Notes: a model not told the origin generated them from the letters alone. A stretch of 64,000 bases of DNA from Candidatus Latescibacterota bacterium (GCA_965219995.1 CBDCOX010000002.1:5280001-5344000); one strand, 5' to 3'. Counted from the stretch's first letter, positions 30,568 to 41,021 are shown. Made by a program: numbers and translations.

Positions 30568-33014
30568 GGATGGCGTAGCCGCCCGGCGATTCCGCGCAGC
30601 GTGTTCGCCAGCCCGGTTCGCCGTTTCGTTGCGATATCCCCGCCGGCAAGGGTTGCCTGCACCGCCGCCAACGCATCGAGCCGGTCGGCCAGCTCCCGGT
30701 CACCTGTACCGTCCTGCAGCGCGGCAGCCGCAAGGTCCAGCGCCCCATCAAGATCCGCCCAGGACGCTTCCTCCACCCCATTGCCGCGAACCAGTTGGTC
30801 AAGATAGGCCCGGGCCACCACCGGTTCGGCCGGCCAGTCGAAGCTCCGTTGCCGCTGGGGATTGAACTCCCGGCCCTGGTCGGCGAGTACGGCCGCGGCA
30901 ATCTCGTTCCCGGACAATAGGTCGCTCGGCAGGAGCGACAGCACGTCGAGCCCGCGGACGATCTCGGTACCGTAGATCTTCCCGTCGTACCAGTACGCGG
31001 ACCAGTATCCGCCAAGCACCAGGTGTTCCTCGTCGACGGGGCCGCGGTCGAAGTAGGCGATCTCCAACGGTTTGGCCGAGTCCGTGAAGTCGATCACCGA
31101 GATGCCCCCCTGGTACCAGGCCTGGACGAAGATGTCGCGCCCCGGCACCGGCACCACCGATCCGTTGTGCGCCACGCAGTTCTCCTGCTCGTTCTGCGGC
31201 GCCGGAATCTTGAAGTAGCTCCGGAACTCGAGCTTCCCGTCGACGATGTCGTAGATGGCGTTGGCGCCCCAGTCGAGCGGGTCGTAGGCGCGGCATCGCG
31301 GCATCATGCCGCCGCCCCATTCGTCGGTGAAAAGCACCTTCGTGCCGTTGTTGTTGAAGGTCGCGGAATGCCAGTACGCGAAGCCCTTGTCGACCACCGC
31401 ATCCATACGGGTTGGGTTCAGCGGATCGGAGATGTCGAACAGGATGCCGTTACCCGCGCAGGCCCCGGCGGCGATGTTCCGCGCCGGGAACACGGTGATG
31501 TCGTGACACTGGTCGGTGGCGGGGGTCTCCTGGGTATGCTCACCGTGGTCGCCGCCACGCCAGAGACCGGCCAGCGTGCCGTGTTCGGGGTCGGCGAACA
31601 CCGTGGGGCTGTGCACGATGCGCGCCTTCGAAGGATCCTTGACCGGGACCTCGATGACATCGATGCGGAAGAGCGCCGTCCGGTAATCGCCCGGCGTCTC
31701 GTCGATGCAGCCCGCCAGTTCGTCCTCTTCGCGAACCATGCGAACGCCCGAGTTGTAGACGATGATTTTCTCGTCGTCGGCGACGACCACCGAGTGGGTG
31801 TGCGAGCCGCGGCAGGTCTGGACGGCCCCCACTTGCACGGGCCGGCCGAGGTCACCGATGTCGAAGATGCGGATACCCTGGAACCGGTCGCCGCTCACGT
31901 CTTCGGCAATGCCCTCCAGGCCGCAGTCGAGCCGTCCCCGCGTCTCCTCCACCGACATGATGAGCAGGTCGCCGACGACCGAGACATCGCCCTGGCCGCC
32001 CGGGCATACCACCGAACTGAGTTGTTGCACCGAACCGTCGTCGGCGAGCCGGTAGATGTTGAACCCGTGGTAGCTTCCGGCAAAGAGGATGTCGTCCCGA
32101 AATGCCATGTCGGTGTTGGAGAAACTCAGCAGCGGCGCCCGTTCCCAGTCTTCGTCTTCTTCCTCCTCCTCCGCCTCCTCCGCGTCCTCCGCTTCTTCCT
32201 CCGCTTCCTCCTCGTCGGCGCCGGCGGCGTCCTCGGACTCCTCGTCCGCAGGCTGCTCCGGCGGCAGGCTGGCGGGATTGTCCGGGTCGAAGAACCCGGG
32301 GGGCCTCGGCGTCGAAGCGAGCAGCGCCAGGTTCAGCGTCGCCTGCTCCGCGTCGTCGAACCCGGCCTTGAGCCCCGCACGCGGGTCGTCCGAGAGCGTG
32401 ATGAGCACCGCGTGCATGCGCTCGATTTCCGCGGTCTGATCGTTGGTGACGTCCGTGGTGAACTCGAACAGCACCGGGTCGTACGCCGCGCCCGGCCGTT
32501 CGTGCAGTTCCTCGACCATCGTCACCGCGCCTTCGTGATGCGTGATCATCAACTGCAGGAAGAGCCGGTCGAATGCCGTGCCCGTCGCGGCGGCGAGATC
32601 GGTCATCTGCTTTGGCGTGGCCATGCCGGCCATGCGATGGTCGGTGTGCATGGCGGCGTGGTCCGACGGATCCGGGACCGCCTCGCCGCGGTCGCTGAGC
32701 CATTGCTCCATGAACTCGATCTCGTCCCGCTGGGAGAGATTGATGCGGCCGGCCGCGTCGGCGAGTTCCGGCCGGTTCGTGCGGTCCGCCACCAGTGCAG
32801 CCATCTCCACGGCCTGTTGGTGGTGCGGAATCATGTCCTGCATGAACCGGACATCGTCGATCGAGTAGCTGCTGACGGCGACGTCGATCGCCTGTTCGGC
32901 GGTCAGCTCCCGCGCCGGTTCCCCCGGCTTGCCCGGCTGCACGATGGGGGCCGGGTCCGCGGCAAGCGTTGCCCCGAACAGAAGCGCTACCGCGATGCAC
33001 GTAGGGGTTCTCAT
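30564..33014 (-). CDS. Secreted DUF305 + LVIVD-repeat protein
   Basis: FMQDMIPHHQQAVEM, MITHHEGA, CPGGQGDVS, CRGSHTH, CHDIT, YWHSATF; acidic linker. Confidence 0.9.
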   Translation of the reverse strand: MRTPTCIAVALLFGATLAADPAPIVQPGKPGEPARELTAEQAIDVAVSSYSIDDVRFMQDMIPHHQQAVEMAALVADRTNRPELADAAGRINLSQRDEIEFMEQWLSDRGEAVPDPSDHAAMHTDHRMAGMATPKQMTDLAAATGTAFDRLFLQLMITHHEGAVTMVEELHERPGAAYDPVLFEFTTDVTNDQTAEIERMHAVLITLSDDPRAGLKAGFDDAEQATLNLALLASTPRPPGFFDPDNPASLPPEQPADEESEDAAGADEEEAEEEAEDAEEAEEEEEDEDWERAPLLSFSNTDMAFRDDILFAGSYHGFNIYRLADDGSVQQLSSVVCPGGQGDVSVVGDLLIMSVEETRGRLDCGLEGIAEDVSGDRFQGIRIFDIGDLGRPVQVGAVQTCRGSHTHSVVVADDEKIIVYNSGVRMVREEDELAGCIDETPGDYRTALFRIDVIEVPVKDPSKARIVHSPTVFADPEHGTLAGLWRGGDHGEHTQETPATDQCHDITVFPARNIAAGACAGNGILFDISDPLNPTRMDAVVDKGFAYWHSATFNNNGTKVLFTDEWGGGMMPRCRAYDPLDWGANAIYDIVDGKLEFRSYFKIPAPQNEQENCVAHNGSVVPVPGRDIFVQAWYQGGISVIDFTDSAKPLEIAYFDRGPVDEEHLVLGGYWSAYWYDGKIYGTEIVRGLDVLSLLPSDLLSGNEIAAAVLADQGREFNPQRQRSFDWPAEPVVARAYLDQLVRGNGVEEASWADLDGALDLAAAALQDGTGDRELADRLDALAAVQATLAGGDIATKRRTGLANTLRGIAGRLRHP

Positions 33015-35461
33015 CGTGCCTGCTCGGAGGGCTCCTCTCTTGCGAGGGGTGCCCCCTCGCGCTGCCCGGCTGAGGGCTCTTTCTTGCGAGGGGTTCCCCC
33101 CTCGCGCTCCCCGGCTGATGGCTCTCCCAAGTGCTCCTCAAAGAACCGCCGCTGCCGCTTGACGATGTAGGGATGCGTGGCGGCGCCGCCGTGGTTCGCG
33201 TCGGGCACGACGTACGAAGTGAAGTCCTTGTCCGCGTCGATCAGCGCATCGAAGATGGCCATCGCGGCCCGGAACGGCACGTTCTCGTCGATCTCCCCGT
33301 ACACCAGCATCAGGTCCGCCTCGAGGCGGTCGATGATGGCGATGTTGCTCGTCAGTTCGTGGACATCGCGCTCGCTGCCCGGGGCGCCGAAGAAGCGCTC
33401 CACCGAAACGCCCGACGGGACCGAGTGCAGGTACTCGTGGGGGCCGACATGGGAGACGACCACGTCGAAGAAGCCGGGGAACAGCAGGGCCGCCCGCAGG
33501 GAGCCATAACCGCCGAACGACGCGCCCGTGATGCCGACCCGGCTCGTGTCCATGTAGGGCCGGTCGACCGCCACGTTCTCGATGGCGGCCTTGTGGTCCG
33601 CGGCGCCGAAGAGGTCCTCGGTGCCCGAGAACGCATACCGGAAGTCCCGGTCGCGGCGCGTGGTGCCGCGGCCGTCCACGGTCACGACGACGAAACCCGC
33701 CTGGGCCGTCGCCTGTGCGTCGCGGGTCGTGATCGCCGCGAAGTTGTCGAGGAACGTGTGCGGCCCGGAGTCGATCTGCGGTCCGGGGTAGGTCTGGTCG
33801 ACCACCGCGTACTTCCGGGAGGGATCGAAGTCGAGCGGCTTGAACAACGCCCCGTACAGGTCCGTCTCCCCGTCCGCCGCCTTGACGACGAACCGCTCCG
33901 GGGGTTGCCAGCCCGTCGCGAGCAGGCGGGACGCATCGGCGCGCAGCACCTCGGAGACCAGGTTGCCGTCGCGGTCCCGGATCACCATCGCCGGCGGCTG
34001 CTCGAGGGTGGAGAAGACATCGACGAAATAGTCGCCGGACGGCGAGAACTTCGAGAGCGAGTCGAACCCGACGCTGACCGGCAGGGCGTAGCGGAAGAAC
34101 TCGTGGGCGGCGTCCTCGGGCGTGAGCAGTTCGGCGTCGCCGCCGTCGAACGAGGCGCGGTAGAGGTGCGCGAAGTAGGGATTGCGTCCGTCTTCGCGGC
34201 CGCCCGCGGTGAAGTAGACCTGCCGCGCCCCGTCGTCGACGCGGATGACGTCGAAGACCACGCCGCCGTCGGTGACCTGGTTCTTCAGTTCGCCGGTGCG
34301 CGCGTCGTACAGGTAGAGCTGCCCGGCGCCCGAGCGCTGGGAGTACCAGAGCGCCTCGGAACCGTCGGCGGTGACGTGGAAGTTGGGGGCGTGGTAGTCC
34401 CGCGCCGAGAACGCGTAGAAATGGGTTTCGCTCTCCTCCACGACCGTGCGCACGGCGCCGGTCTTGAGGTCCATGGCGGCGATGCCGTAGGTCTGGCCCC
34501 CATGGTCCGCCGTCACGAAGAAGAGTTCGCCATTCTCCATGTTCCACCAAAGGACGTTCGCCCCGAAGTGCATGGGCGCGAAGTCCTGCAGGCGCGCCGG
34601 GTCGATGTCGGCCCGCACGGTGCGGCCGGTCTCCGTGTCGATGACAGCGATCTCCCTCGGCGGCGCCGTCTTCTCAGCCGCCACTAGCACCCGGTCGAGA
34701 TGGACGGCGGTGAAGGGCAGATCGGGGGGCAGGTGCTCCTTGATGTAGGAGCGCTTCGGCACGGCGCGCAGGTCCACGCGCATGGCGGCAACGTAGCGGC
34801 TATCGGGAGACCAGTTCACCGAGACGATCGGCGCCGGTTCGCCGGACCGGCGGCGCTGGATCCGGTTCAGTTCGAAACCGAGGTGTCCGTAGGCGAAACC
34901 GTCCTCGCCATCGGTGGTGAGCTGGGTCTCCTCACCGGAATCCAGGTCCCGGACCCAGAGGTTGGCGGCGCGGACGAAGGCGGTGCGCGTACCGTCAGGA
35001 GAAGGGCGCTCGGCGGGCGACGCCGGCAGCGATTCGTCCTTCGCGCACTCGGCGGCATCCGCGGAGCAGGCGAACACGCCGCTCGCCGTGGTGACGACCA
35101 AGCCGTCGCCGTCCAGGCCGAGCGAGACGATCGGCAGGTTGTCCGCATCGGCCTCCGCGAGTCCGGCGTCGGCAAGCGCCGCTGCGAGACGGGCGTGATC
35201 GAATGCAGGCTCTTTCTCGCCCGACGCAGCATCCACCACCACGAAACGGGTGCCGTCGCCGGTCTCCTGCCTCATCCAGAACCGGTCTTCACCGCCGATC
35301 CAGTGGGCCTCCGGACGCAGGTTCTTCACGAGCGCCATCAGCGCCGCGGACTCGAATTCGGCGGGGTCCTGCCGCGCGTCGTCGCTGTCCGCCGCGCAGG
35401 CACCGACCGCCCACCAGAAGGCAAACGCCGAGACGGCGACGGATCGTGTCTGAGGTTTCAT
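33011..35461 (-). CDS. S9 dipeptidyl-peptidase IV-like peptidase
   Basis: Signal peptide; YPGPQ, DGRGT, GASFGG, GEIDENV, ANH; tail encoded by 45-bp repeats. Confidence 0.92.
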   Translation of the reverse strand: MKPQTRSVAVSAFAFWWAVGACAADSDDARQDPAEFESAALMALVKNLRPEAHWIGGEDRFWMRQETGDGTRFVVVDAASGEKEPAFDHARLAAALADAGLAEADADNLPIVSLGLDGDGLVVTTASGVFACSADAAECAKDESLPASPAERPSPDGTRTAFVRAANLWVRDLDSGEETQLTTDGEDGFAYGHLGFELNRIQRRRSGEPAPIVSVNWSPDSRYVAAMRVDLRAVPKRSYIKEHLPPDLPFTAVHLDRVLVAAEKTAPPREIAVIDTETGRTVRADIDPARLQDFAPMHFGANVLWWNMENGELFFVTADHGGQTYGIAAMDLKTGAVRTVVEESETHFYAFSARDYHAPNFHVTADGSEALWYSQRSGAGQLYLYDARTGELKNQVTDGGVVFDVIRVDDGARQVYFTAGGREDGRNPYFAHLYRASFDGGDAELLTPEDAAHEFFRYALPVSVGFDSLSKFSPSGDYFVDVFSTLEQPPAMVIRDRDGNLVSEVLRADASRLLATGWQPPERFVVKAADGETDLYGALFKPLDFDPSRKYAVVDQTYPGPQIDSGPHTFLDNFAAITTRDAQATAQAGFVVVTVDGRGTTRRDRDFRYAFSGTEDLFGAADHKAAIENVAVDRPYMDTSRVGITGASFGGYGSLRAALLFPGFFDVVVSHVGPHEYLHSVPSGVSVERFFGAPGSERDVHELTSNIAIIDRLEADLMLVYGEIDENVPFRAAMAIFDALIDADKDFTSYVVPDANHGGAATHPYIVKRQRRFFEEHLGEPSAGEREGGTPRKKEPSAGQREGAPLAREEPSEQAR
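33027..33124. repeat. Two tandem 45-bp REP-like palindromic units
   Basis: ga(g/t)ggctc at 33027, 33072, 33117; each unit has a GCGAGGGG-N-CCCCTCGC stem. Confidence 0.88.
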
Positions 35462-35474
35462 CGTGCTTCGTCCA

Positions 35475-36437
35475 TCAATAGAGCGGCGGCTCGAGTTCCT
35501 CGGCGGCATCCGCGTACACCCACTTCAGGCCGTCCCCGATGATGATCGGCAACACGTCGAAGTGGTCCCGGTCGCGATACAGCCGTGTCTGCAGGGCCAG
35601 CGACGGGTATCGGCGCAGGAGCAGGTTTTCCGCGAACAGCACCGTCCGGCTGACGATGCGCTGCGCCGACATCGGGAGGTTGTTGACCTCGAGGTCGCCG
35701 GCGCCCACGAAAACCCGGGCCGGCAGGTCGTCGTGGCCGGCGGCGTAGTCCGCCTCCATGGTCAGGCTGAGCCCGTTCGTGCCGCTGCCGATGATGTAGC
35801 GGTCGAAACCGCCCGGACGCCCCAGCAAGGCATAGCCGGTGAACGCGCCGCCCGCGGAGTGACCGAGCAGGGCGTGGTCGTCCGCCATGCGGTACCGCTC
35901 CGCCAGCGCCGGGCGGAGCCGGTCGATGAGAAAGGCGAGGAACGCATCCCCCTTCACGTTGGCGAAGATGTCCGCGTCCGGGTCGACGCCCCACTGGGCC
36001 ATCTCCTCGCGCATGTAATCCAGGGCCGGCCCGGGTTCCGACACCGACGACCCCGGCGGAAAGAGGTCGACGGTCCGCTTGGCGAGCCCCGCCAGGCCTT
36101 CTTCGCTGGGATGCCCCACCGCCACGACGATCAGTTCCGGGATGCGGTTGCCCGCCGCGTAGAAACCCACCAGGCCCACCGTCATGTCGAACAGGAGCGC
36201 GCCGTCCATGACCCAGAGCACGGGGTAGCGCTTGTCGGGCAACGCGTCATAGGTGGCCGGCAACGCGACAAGCACCTCGTGGTCGTAGTCGTAGCCCTCC
36301 GCCCGGTACTGCATGGCCGGCAACTGGGTCATGGCGTAGTGGGCGCCCTCCACCAGGAGCTGGTTCTGCTGGCCCCACGCGGCGCAACAGGCGAGCACGC
36401 CGGCGACCGCGGCCGTGCGTGTTCGTGCATTCATCAT
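35475..36437 (-). CDS. Alpha/beta hydrolase, IroE/Fes-like esterase
   Basis: RYPVLWVMDG, IVVAVGHP, GHSAGG; signal peptide. Confidence 0.88.
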   Translation of the reverse strand: MMNARTRTAAVAGVLACCAAWGQQNQLLVEGAHYAMTQLPAMQYRAEGYDYDHEVLVALPATYDALPDKRYPVLWVMDGALLFDMTVGLVGFYAAGNRIPELIVVAVGHPSEEGLAGLAKRTVDLFPPGSSVSEPGPALDYMREEMAQWGVDPDADIFANVKGDAFLAFLIDRLRPALAERYRMADDHALLGHSAGGAFTGYALLGRPGGFDRYIIGSGTNGLSLTMEADYAAGHDDLPARVFVGAGDLEVNNLPMSAQRIVSRTVLFAENLLLRRYPSLALQTRLYRDRDHFDVLPIIIGDGLKWVYADAAEELEPPLY

Positions 36438-36477
36438 CGCTCTCCGGTCAGTCTGGCTACGGAACCACTCGACGCCG

Positions 36478-37332
36478 CTACCGGAACACTCCCGACAGCC
36501 ACTCGTCGATCACGGCAACCTGCACGTCCGGCGCGGCGGCGTCCAGGTGGTTCCTGCCCGGAATGATCCTGACATCCCAACCCGCGGCTTCGAGTTCCGC
36601 GCGGTTGCGGATGATCGCTTCGCCCATGTGGGTGAGGGGTTCGCCGTTCAGCGTGGGGAGGTCCTGGTCGCCGATCCAGGTCAGCCGCGGCATGTCGAGC
36701 GCGCCCTGGATCGCCCGGTCGTCGAAGCTCCGGAGGCCTTCGTAGTAGGTCAGGAACTGCCGACCGTTCTCCGGCGCATCGGATTCGAGGCCGTACAGCG
36801 AGGCCGGACCCTCGGACATCGCGCGGGTGGTCGCGAGCATGTCATCGTAGATGCCGTCCATCACCGGGAAGCCGCCACAAACCAGCGCGGTCAGCCGGTC
36901 GGTGCGCAGGGCCAACTGCAAACCGGTGACGCAACCCCACGAGAACCCCGCGTAGGCGAACTCCGCGGCGCCGGCCGCATCCGCGATCGCCAGGTAGTCG
37001 CGCGCGACGGCCGACGGGGTGAGGGTATAGAGCTTCGGTTCGACGCCGGGATACTCGATGAAGATCAGCCGGTACTTCGAGCCCAGGGCGTCGATGTAGG
37101 CCTGCTTCGCCCCGGCCATGAGCTCGAAGACCTCGGGCATCAACTCCTGCCCCGGCAAGGCCGCCGCCCGGGCCGCCGCGGTGCCGGGCCCCAGGAACAG
37201 GAACCGTTCCCCGCTGCCGTGCACTTCGAAGTAGATCGAGGAGCCGTCGTGCGCTAGCGCCTGCCCCGCCTCGGCCATCGCCGGCGCCGTCATGCCGAGC
37301 ATCACCGCCCCAGCCAACACCAATCGCCGCAT
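36478..37332 (-). CDS. Secreted alpha/beta hydrolase
   Basis: MRRLVLAGAV signal, IYFEVHGSG, GFSWG, GDQD, RNH. Confidence 0.85.
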   Translation of the reverse strand: MRRLVLAGAVMLGMTAPAMAEAGQALAHDGSSIYFEVHGSGERFLFLGPGTAAARAAALPGQELMPEVFELMAGAKQAYIDALGSKYRLIFIEYPGVEPKLYTLTPSAVARDYLAIADAAGAAEFAYAGFSWGCVTGLQLALRTDRLTALVCGGFPVMDGIYDDMLATTRAMSEGPASLYGLESDAPENGRQFLTYYEGLRSFDDRAIQGALDMPRLTWIGDQDLPTLNGEPLTHMGEAIIRNRAELEAAGWDVRIIPGRNHLDAAAPDVQVAVIDEWLSGVFR

Positions 37333-37343
37333 AAGAATCCTCC

Positions 37344-38354
37344 CTACGTCCACACCTGTTCCGCCACGCGCATGTTGTTGCCGCCGAGCAGTCCGCGCAG
37401 CGCGCCGTCGTCCCAACCCAGCGTCAACAGCCGCTCGGCGATCTCCGGTATCCGCTCCGGCTCCACCATGCGCAATCCGCTTCGATAGCCCTTCTCCGGT
37501 GGGAACAGCTCCGGATCGGCCGCGATCAGGTCGTCCAGCTCCGACGCGTCGAACACGTAATCGAGCCCCAGCCCGACGTGCTCGGGGCCCACGAGGTCCG
37601 CGACGTAGTCGATGTGGCGCACGATGGCGTCGGTGGAGTTGTCGTTGTCGCCCATGAAGAAGCCGATCCCGTTGACGTTGACCACACCGCCGCTCGCGGC
37701 ACACGCCTCGATCAGGTCGTCGGGGATGTTGCGCTCGTGGTCCCACAGGGCGCGCGGGTTGGAATGGGAGAAGATCACCGGGTTGGTCGAGTACTCGATG
37801 GCCTCCCGCGCCGTGCGGTAGCCGGTATGGCTGCAGCAGAGCACCATGCCCACGCGTTTCATCTCGTCGATGACGCGCCGCCCGAAGTCGGTGAGGCCGC
37901 AGTCGTCGTCCTGGCAACCGCCGCCGACGCGATTGTTGCGGTTGTAGGCGATCAGCATCCACTTCACGCCCAGCGCGGCATAGGGTTCGACCAGTTCGGG
38001 CAGGTCGTCGACGGCCACGGCGCCTTCGAGGTCGAAGGCGACACCAAGCTTGCCCTCCCGCTTGGCGCGATGCACGTCGCTCACCCGGTCGACCAGCAGG
38101 TAGCGCTCCGGGCGCCGCTGGATCCAGCTCCGGAAGGTGGCCAGCATCTTGAACCCGAAGTGCCAGGGAAAGTGGTCGAAGGAGACGTTGAGGCTCACGA
38201 AGGAGACACCGCTCCGCCGATGCCGTTCGAGGTCGTCGAGGAACGAGACGTCGCCGGCCCGTACCGGCATGCAGGCGTGGTTGTCCCAGACGACCGCCTC
38301 GGCGAGCAGTTTCTCGAGACGGGGCGACATGTCTCCGCGGTTCCGGACGTTCAT
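37344..38354 (-). CDS. M19 membrane (renal-type) dipeptidase
   Basis: DNH, DLEG, GLTDFG, CSH, FSHSN, RNIPD, VGLGLD, GGN. Confidence 0.92.
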   Translation of the reverse strand: MNVRNRGDMSPRLEKLLAEAVVWDNHACMPVRAGDVSFLDDLERHRRSGVSFVSLNVSFDHFPWHFGFKMLATFRSWIQRRPERYLLVDRVSDVHRAKREGKLGVAFDLEGAVAVDDLPELVEPYAALGVKWMLIAYNRNNRVGGGCQDDDCGLTDFGRRVIDEMKRVGMVLCCSHTGYRTAREAIEYSTNPVIFSHSNPRALWDHERNIPDDLIEACAASGGVVNVNGIGFFMGDNDNSTDAIVRHIDYVADLVGPEHVGLGLDYVFDASELDDLIAADPELFPPEKGYRSGLRMVEPERIPEIAERLLTLGWDDGALRGLLGGNNMRVAEQVWT

Positions 38355-38479
38355 GAAAGCGGCGCCTCCCGACTGGCGGTTGCGGAGTCTGTATTGAGGA
38401 CGAGCTTAGCCCACTGCGTCCTTGGCAAGCGGACCGCCAAACCCCTTGGCGGCAATTTGACGACGATCGGAAGACGACG

Positions 38480-39430
38480 ATGCAGCGCAGACATTTCCTT
38501 TCCGGGGCCGCAACGCTGGCCGCGGCAACGACCATTCCCGGCACTTTGGACGCACGGGCCGCCGATGCCCCCAACGTCACTCCCTCGAACGGGCCCTGGC
38601 CGCTCCGGGGATCGGAGAGCTTCGTCATCGACTCCGAGGCGGTCGGCGACCGCCTGGCGGTCGGCGTCTCGCAACCCGACACGGAGTTCCTGCAGCTCCT
38701 CGGCAGAACCGAGGAACTGCCCCCGCCGGACCTCGTCTACGTGCTGGACGGTTCCTGGGCCTTGGCGATCGCGGTGTCCATCGCCCGTTTGCAGCTCGTG
38801 GACCTGGTCAAACCCGGCTTCCCGCCCCTGGTGATGGTCGGCGTCGACTACCCGGAAGACCAGCCCAACGCCCGCACCCGGGACTACACCCACACGGACC
38901 TGGCGACGCCCCTGCAGCCCGGCGAGTTGCCCCCGGAGCAGACCATCGGCGGCGCGGACAACTTCCTGCGCTTCCTGGAGGAAGAGCTGGATCCGCTCAT
39001 TCGCGCACGCTACGACGTGAGCGACCGGCCCGCCGGGATCCTCGGCGACTCCTACGGCGGCACGTTCACTTTTCATGCGTTCCGCCGCCAGTCGAAGCTG
39101 TTCGACAAGTACTTCCTGGGCAGTCCGGGGCTGTTCACCACCGGCGTCGACTACATCGGGGAGGTGCGGAAGCTGCTCGAGGGCGAACTCGTGCACGACA
39201 CCAAGATGTACCTCTCGTTCGGCGCCATGGAGGCCAACGGCGGCGTACCGTTCTACGAGGACATGGGGCGCAACTACAACAGCCTCGTCAGCGTGCTCAA
39301 CTCGACGCCGAACGACGGGCTCACGTTCGCATCGAAGATGTACCCGGGCCACACGCATACGACGATTCTCGCCCCGGCGATCAACGACGCGCTGCTCTAT
39401 CTCTACGGGCCGCACCTGCCGCGGGGCTGA
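38480..39430 (+). CDS. Tat-exported IroE-like esterase
   Basis: MQRRHFL; VYVLDG, RTRDYT, GGADNFLRF, GDSYGG. Confidence 0.88.
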   Translation: MQRRHFLSGAATLAAATTIPGTLDARAADAPNVTPSNGPWPLRGSESFVIDSEAVGDRLAVGVSQPDTEFLQLLGRTEELPPPDLVYVLDGSWALAIAVSIARLQLVDLVKPGFPPLVMVGVDYPEDQPNARTRDYTHTDLATPLQPGELPPEQTIGGADNFLRFLEEELDPLIRARYDVSDRPAGILGDSYGGTFTFHAFRRQSKLFDKYFLGSPGLFTTGVDYIGEVRKLLEGELVHDTKMYLSFGAMEANGGVPFYEDMGRNYNSLVSVLNSTPNDGLTFASKMYPGHTHTTILAPAINDALLYLYGPHLPRG

Positions 39431-39461
39431 CGGCGCGGGACGGGGGCGAATCGGAGGCGTC

Positions 39462-40583
39462 ATGAATCGCAGGCAACTTGTCCTCACCGCGGCGGGCCTG
39501 ACGCTGCTGCCGCGGGCGGTGCCGGTACGGGCCGCCGCGTCGGTCCCCGCCTTGTCGGCGCGAACGCTGAGGCTGCTCGCCGAGAGCCCGATCGTGGACC
39601 TGACGGGCGCGAACTCGCCCATTCACGCGATCTCGATGCAGCCCGTCGGCTACGACACCTGGATCGCGAAGTACAAGAAGGCGAACGTCACCTGGCTGTC
39701 CATGACGGCGGGATCCGACTTCACCAAGACCACCGGCCAGATGCTGCACGTGCTCGCGGCGAACCGGCGCTACCTCCTGGAACGGCCGGACGAGTACGTC
39801 TTCGTGCGGAACGTCGCGGACGTGGCCCGCGCCAAGGCCGAGGGCAAGCTGGGGGTCAACTTCAACTTCCAGGGATCGACGCCCCTCGAAGGGGACATCA
39901 ACCTGGTGGAGGTGCTGTTCGGGCTCGGCGTCGGGCACATGCTGCTCGCCTACAACGACAAGAACCTCGCCTCCGGAGGCAGTCACGACCACGACAACCC
40001 GGGGCTGTCGAACTTCGGCCGCGCCCTCGTCGCCGAGATGAACCGGGTCGGCATGGTCTGCGACGGCAGCCACATGTCGGAGCGCTCGACCCTCGAGATG
40101 TGCGAGCACTCGACGGCGCCGGTGATCTTCTCCCACTCCTCCGCCCGGGCGCTGCGCGATCACGAGCGCAACATCAGCGACGGCCAGATCCGGGCGGCGG
40201 CCGCCACCGGGGGCGTGATCGGCATCAACGGCGTCTCGCTGTTCCTGTCGGAGGCGCTGTACGATCCTTCCGCGGAACGGATGTTCCGGCATGTCGACTA
40301 CGTCGCGGAACTGGTCGGCGACCGGCACGTCGGGCTCGGCCTCGACCACGTACCCCTCATGGACGAACCGCTGCCGGTCGAGAACGTGGTCCCGCAGTAC
40401 ACGGAACTCTACGGCGAGGAACAGTATCCGCCGATGAACCGGCTGGCCATCGCCGGCCCGTCCGTCATCGCGCCGCTGACCGAACTGATGGTCGCTCACG
40501 GCTACAGGGACGATCAGATACGGGGCATCCTGGGCGGGAACTTCCTGCGCGTCTTCGGGCAGGTGTGGGGCAGCCAATCGTAG
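39462..40583 (+). CDS. Tat-exported M19 dipeptidase family protein
   Basis: MNRRQL; GLSNFG, DGSH, FSHS, RNISD, GLGLD, LGGNFLRV; lacks N-terminal HxD. Confidence 0.88.
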   Translation: MNRRQLVLTAAGLTLLPRAVPVRAAASVPALSARTLRLLAESPIVDLTGANSPIHAISMQPVGYDTWIAKYKKANVTWLSMTAGSDFTKTTGQMLHVLAANRRYLLERPDEYVFVRNVADVARAKAEGKLGVNFNFQGSTPLEGDINLVEVLFGLGVGHMLLAYNDKNLASGGSHDHDNPGLSNFGRALVAEMNRVGMVCDGSHMSERSTLEMCEHSTAPVIFSHSSARALRDHERNISDGQIRAAAATGGVIGINGVSLFLSEALYDPSAERMFRHVDYVAELVGDRHVGLGLDHVPLMDEPLPVENVVPQYTELYGEEQYPPMNRLAIAGPSVIAPLTELMVAHGYRDDQIRGILGGNFLRVFGQVWGSQS

Positions 40584-40660
40584 GGGGAGCGCGCGAACGT
40601 GATCGTGACAGGGATCTCGGTCGCTACCGACGACGGTCGGCGGAAAGAGGGGTCAACGGT

Positions 40661-41020
40661 TCATTCGCCGAGGACATCGAGGGCCCCCACCAGGGGCAGC
40701 AACTTGAGCAACGTGGCCCGGAACTCCTCTGGCGTGGCGGCGACGATCTTCTTCGCCTTCCGCTCCCGCCACGCCAGTGTCTGAACCAGATTCGCGGCGA
40801 CGACGGACGGTCGCTCGAGGTTGCCTATCGGCACCTCGGTTGAGCCGCCCCGAACGCTCGTGCTGATCGGACAGCAGATCAACAGGCCTGTCCGGCGGTT
40901 GTAGTCCCGGCTGCTCAGGACGAGTGCCGGGCGGTACCTGCCGATCTCCTTGCCCCGGGTCGGCTCGAAATCGAGCCAGACCACGTCCCCGCGGTCCGGG
41001 ACATAGTCGTCGCCGGCCAA
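40661..41020 (-). CDS. mazF: MazF/PemK family toxin
   Basis: RGDVVWLDFEPTRGKEIGRYRPALVLS, CPIST. Confidence 0.92.
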   Translation of the reverse strand: MAGDDYVPDRGDVVWLDFEPTRGKEIGRYRPALVLSSRDYNRRTGLLICCPISTSVRGGSTEVPIGNLERPSVVAANLVQTLAWRERKAKKIVAATPEEFRATLLKLLPLVGALDVLGE

Positions 41021-41021
41021 C

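Noticed and set aside
32150-32250. TCC/TCT-rich low-complexity tract
   Set aside because: Encodes an acidic linker in the DUF305-LVIVD protein
36478-38682. 734-aa ORF
   Set aside because: Real hydrolase starts at 37332; upstream part overlaps the M19 gene out of frame
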